The translations under genes were made by a program, and so were the position numbers. From assembly GCF_006345805.1 (NCBI RefSeq), contig NW_021826397.1, positions 1-12,906 of the forward strand: a stretch of DNA of 12,906 nucleotides, read 5' to 3'. Positions 10,409 through 12,906 of the stretch are shown here, one piece after another. This DNA comes from Octopus sinensis (taxonomy: Eukaryota). Position 1 is the stretch's first letter; every line of letters starts with the position of its first letter. Under the pieces are notes generated by a model. The model did not search any database, was not told the DNA's origin, and worked only from the letters and a program-made list of their open reading frames with translations.

Positions 10409-10629
10409 TTTTTTTTTCAAAATGTGACCTCGTGTGTACCGTTGGCGAATTTTTTTCCTCTATCTTCCCTTCTCTGGATCTTTCCTTCTCCTATGTTTCC
10501 GACGAAGAGCTCCGCTCGAAACGTTAAACCCTCCTTCTTCCCTTCTTTCCTGAGCGTCCAATAATATTATATTTGTTCCACGTCCTCGCATTTTTGTGTT
10601 TTTTTTTTTTTGTGTTTTCTTGTTTGGAT

Positions 10630-10633
<4 letters not shown>
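10409..10633 (+). mobile_element. Putative Penelope-like/retrozyme pseudo-LTR fragment inserted in (TA)n, carrying the hammerhead
   Basis: Non-coding ~225-bp pyrimidine-rich block bounded by (TA)n on both sides, containing the hammerhead motif; T-rich 3' end. Confidence 0.5.
10495..10529 (+). ncRNA. Minimal type I hammerhead ribozyme motif (Penelope-like element type), U4C variant
   Basis: GTTT-CCGACGA-A-GAGC-TCC-GCTC-GAAA-CGTT-AAAC: stem I GTTT/AAAC, core C(C)GACGA, stem II GAGC/GCTC, GAAA, and palindromic ACGT in place of helix III. Predicted GUU cleavage site after 10525. Confidence 0.6.
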
Positions 10634-10673
<40 letters not shown>

Positions 10674-10808
10674 GTGTATATATTAACCCTTACCCCCATT
10701 TCAGCTATACCTCTATGTGTTTATCTGTTCATCTGTCTGTTTCTGTCTATCTTCAGCTGATGTAAGAAGCAAACACGGAAAATACGCAACAAAAGGACGA
10801 CGGTAAAA

Positions 10809-11180
10809 ATGGTGAGTTTGACCAAAATGGTAACTTCCCAGCGGCAGAATGTTTTGGCGCTTTCTATTCTCGTTGTATTTTGTTTATCGCCAAAACGAAC
10901 GTTTGGAAATTACATCGTCGATACTGCGGCCCACGAAGAGACTTCAGATTTCTTGGATGCCCTTACAACAAAATATACCACAACTGGAAGTATATTCACC
11001 TTAACGGGGATTAAGAAATTGCTGCAGAACATTCAAAGGTCGAACCAGGATGACGGAAGTTTAGCAGCCACGGTAGGTCACGGTGATACGCGCAAAAATT
11101 CGGAAAATCCTGAAGAGAAACCCGTGATGACTAGTAAATCCGTCTGTGAAAAATCGGAGAAAGTGTGTGCTGCAGAACAA
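10809..11180 (+). CDS. First coding exon (124 codons, partial CDS) of a LIV-1-subfamily ZIP/SLC39 zinc-metal transporter, most like ZIP14/ZIP8
   Basis: Non-repetitive ORF with a hydrophobic signal-peptide-like stretch (NVLALSILVVFCLS). It continues into DFLDALTTKYTTTGSIFTLTGIKKLLQNI, which resembles the LIV-1 ectodomain helix motif (ZIP14-type FL.DL..RYG...SLTL..LK.LL..L, recalled, not aligned). Acceptor ttctgtctatcttcag| ends at 10756, so the exon starts at 10757. Phase-0 donor CAA|GTAGGT at 11180/11181, followed by T-rich intron. Start could be ATG 10809 or 10827. Paralogue not resolvable from this exon. Confidence 0.72.
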
Positions 11181-11470
11181 GTAGGTTTTTATATTTTTGT
11201 ATTCTTAATTTTTTTACATTCTTTATCTATGTTATTTTTTTACATTCACGCTACGAACAAAGAAAAAAAAAAAAAAAAGCAACAAGAACCAAAAGTGCTA
11301 CAAAAAACAAAAAAAAAAACAACCTGCCCTACTCGCCCCACCCCCACCCCACTGCCAAAAAAAATTCTCGCATTACATAAATCACTGTTAAATTGAAATG
11401 GGGTCACGTTTTACCTACATGTTTCTTGTATGTGGGTTAAATGTCAGTGGTCATTATGTAAAATCTGATA

Positions 11471-12234
11471 GGCGGCGATCTGGCAGAAACGTTAGCACGC
11501 CGGGCGAAATGCTTAGCGGTATTTCGCCTGCCGTTACGTTCTGAGTTCAAATTCCGCTGAGGTCGACTTTGTCTTTCATCCTTTCGGGGTCGATAAATTA
11601 AGTACCAGTTACGCACTGAGGTCGATGTAATCGACTTAATCGCTTTGTCTGTCCTTGTTTGTCCTCTCTGTGTTTAGCCCCTTGTGGGTAGTAAAGAAAT
11701 AGGTATTTCGTCTGCCGTTGCGTTCTGAGTTCAAATTCCGCCGAGGTCGACTTTGCCTTTCATCCTTTCGGGGTCGATAAATTAAGTACCAGTTACGCAC
11801 TGGGGTCGATGTAATCGACTTAATCCCTTTGTCTGTCTTTGTTTGTCCTCTCTGTGTTTAGCCCCTTGTGGGTAGTAAAGAAATAGGTATTTCGTCTGCC
11901 GTTGCGTTCTGAGTTCAAATTCCGCCGAGGTCGACTTTGCCTTTCATCCTTTCGGGGTCGATAAATTAAGTACCAGTTACGCACTGGGGTCGATGTAATC
12001 GACTTAATCCCTTTGTCTGTCTTTGTTTGTCCCCTCTGTGTGTAGACCCTTGTAGGCAATAAAGAAATAGGTATTTTGTCTGCCACTTCGTTCTGAGTTC
12101 AAATTCTGCCGAGGTCGACTTTGCCTTTCATCCTTTCGGGGTCGATAAATTAAATACTAGTGAAACACTGGGGTCGATGTAATCGACATATCTCCGCCCT
12201 CAAAATGGCTGCCCTTGTGGCAAAATCTGAAACC
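11471..12234 (+). repeat. Tandem array of family M SINE: one head plus 184-bp units starting at 11518, 11702, 11886 and 12070 (last unit switches tail)
   Basis: The anchor GGTATTT(C/T)G recurs at an exact 184-bp period; units 2 and 3 are identical over roughly the first 140 bp. Confidence 0.95.
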
Positions 12235-12252
12235 GCTATGTAAAGCCTGACA

Positions 12253-12580
12253 GGCGGCGAGCTGGCAAAATCGTTAGCGCACCAGGCAAACGCTTAGCAA
12301 CATTTCATCCGTCTTTAGGTTCTGAGTTCAAATTCCACCTAGGCCGACTTTCCCTTTCACCCCTTTCAGAGTCGATAAAATAGGTACCAGTCGAGCATGG
12401 GGCCGATGTAATCGACTTAGCCCCTCACCCGAAGCTGCTGGCGTTGTACCAAAATTTGAAATGATTATTTTGTCTGATAATAAGGTGGAAAATAAACTGG
12501 CTGAATAGTTAGTACGCCAGACAAAATCCTTAGCAATATTTCATCCGTCTTTAGATAGATTAAGCACCAGTTGAATCGAC
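12253..12580 (+). mobile_element. Two further diverged family M SINE copies in tandem (12253-~12460; ~12484-12580 internally deleted)
   Basis: GGCGGCGAGCTGGCAAAATCGTTAGC...TTCTGAGTTCAAATTCC...GATGTAATCGACTT; second head CTGGCTGAATAGTTAGTACGCCAGACAAAATCCTTAGC. Confidence 0.8.
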
Positions 12581-12656
12581 CGAGGCCCTTCCATAATAGA
12601 AAGGATTATTTGAAGTCTGATGTAAAATATAAGAAAGAAAGAAATAAAAGGGTTAA

Positions 12657-12886
12657 GTCAGCGAGGTTTTGCGTTCGGTACCGCAGCCCGAATTTTGCAC
12701 ACGTCTCTTATCCATCAGAATTTCTGTGATTAGTTTCGTTCTCGTAACAGTCAGGTGTAATAAGATATCTGAGGGTCTTCCGTTTTGGATTTACCTTGTA
12801 AAGTATCACAAACTCTTTGACAGAATCATGGTTATTGTTTAAAAAGAATATATGCATATTTATGTCACTGTATTGTTTATACATAC
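12657..12886. repeat. Unclassified dispersed repeat, copy 2 (same orientation)
   Basis: See copy 1; this copy has 30 bp more between TTGACA and GCAT. Confidence 0.9.
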
Positions 12887-12906
12887 ATACATATACGTAT
12901 ATGTAT

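Noticed and set aside
11181-11396. C-terminal 71 aa of the 195-aa ORF
   Set aside because: Read-through into intron after the GTAGGT donor; poly-T and poly-A low complexity.
11518-12187. CRISPR-like regular array
   Set aside because: Units are contiguous with no unique spacers, there are no cas genes, and the context is eukaryotic.
12710-12755. Minus-strand CTGACTG...GAAAC...CTGATGG resembling hammerhead parts
   Set aside because: The core is not CUGANGA, GAAAC is not conserved in copy 1, and no consistent stems form.

Overview
Repeat-dense, AT-rich eukaryotic (metazoan) DNA, not prokaryotic. The SINE families and microsatellite load resemble what I recall of octopus/coleoid cephalopod genomes, but that is inference and was not checked. 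Almost all long ORFs are microsatellite artefacts. One credible host coding exon lies at 10809-11180 (+): signal peptide plus the N-terminal ectodomain start of a LIV-1-subfamily ZIP (SLC39A8/14-like) metal transporter. The rest comprises: four tRNA-derived SINE families (three copies with exact 12-20 bp target-site duplications, several nested); a 184-bp tandem array of headless SINE units; a dead mariner (D34D) 3' fragment; a DINE-1/HINE-like element; and a CpG/TF-motif-rich unique island (7610-7745). The most interesting signal is a set of short inserts embedded in (TA)n tracts: a perfect 115-bp-arm palindrome (4710-4945), a 34-bp inverted repeat (10244-10398) and a minimal type I hammerhead ribozyme motif (10495-10529). 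Together these suggest Penelope-like/retrozyme pseudo-LTR fragments sitting just upstream of the ZIP exon.
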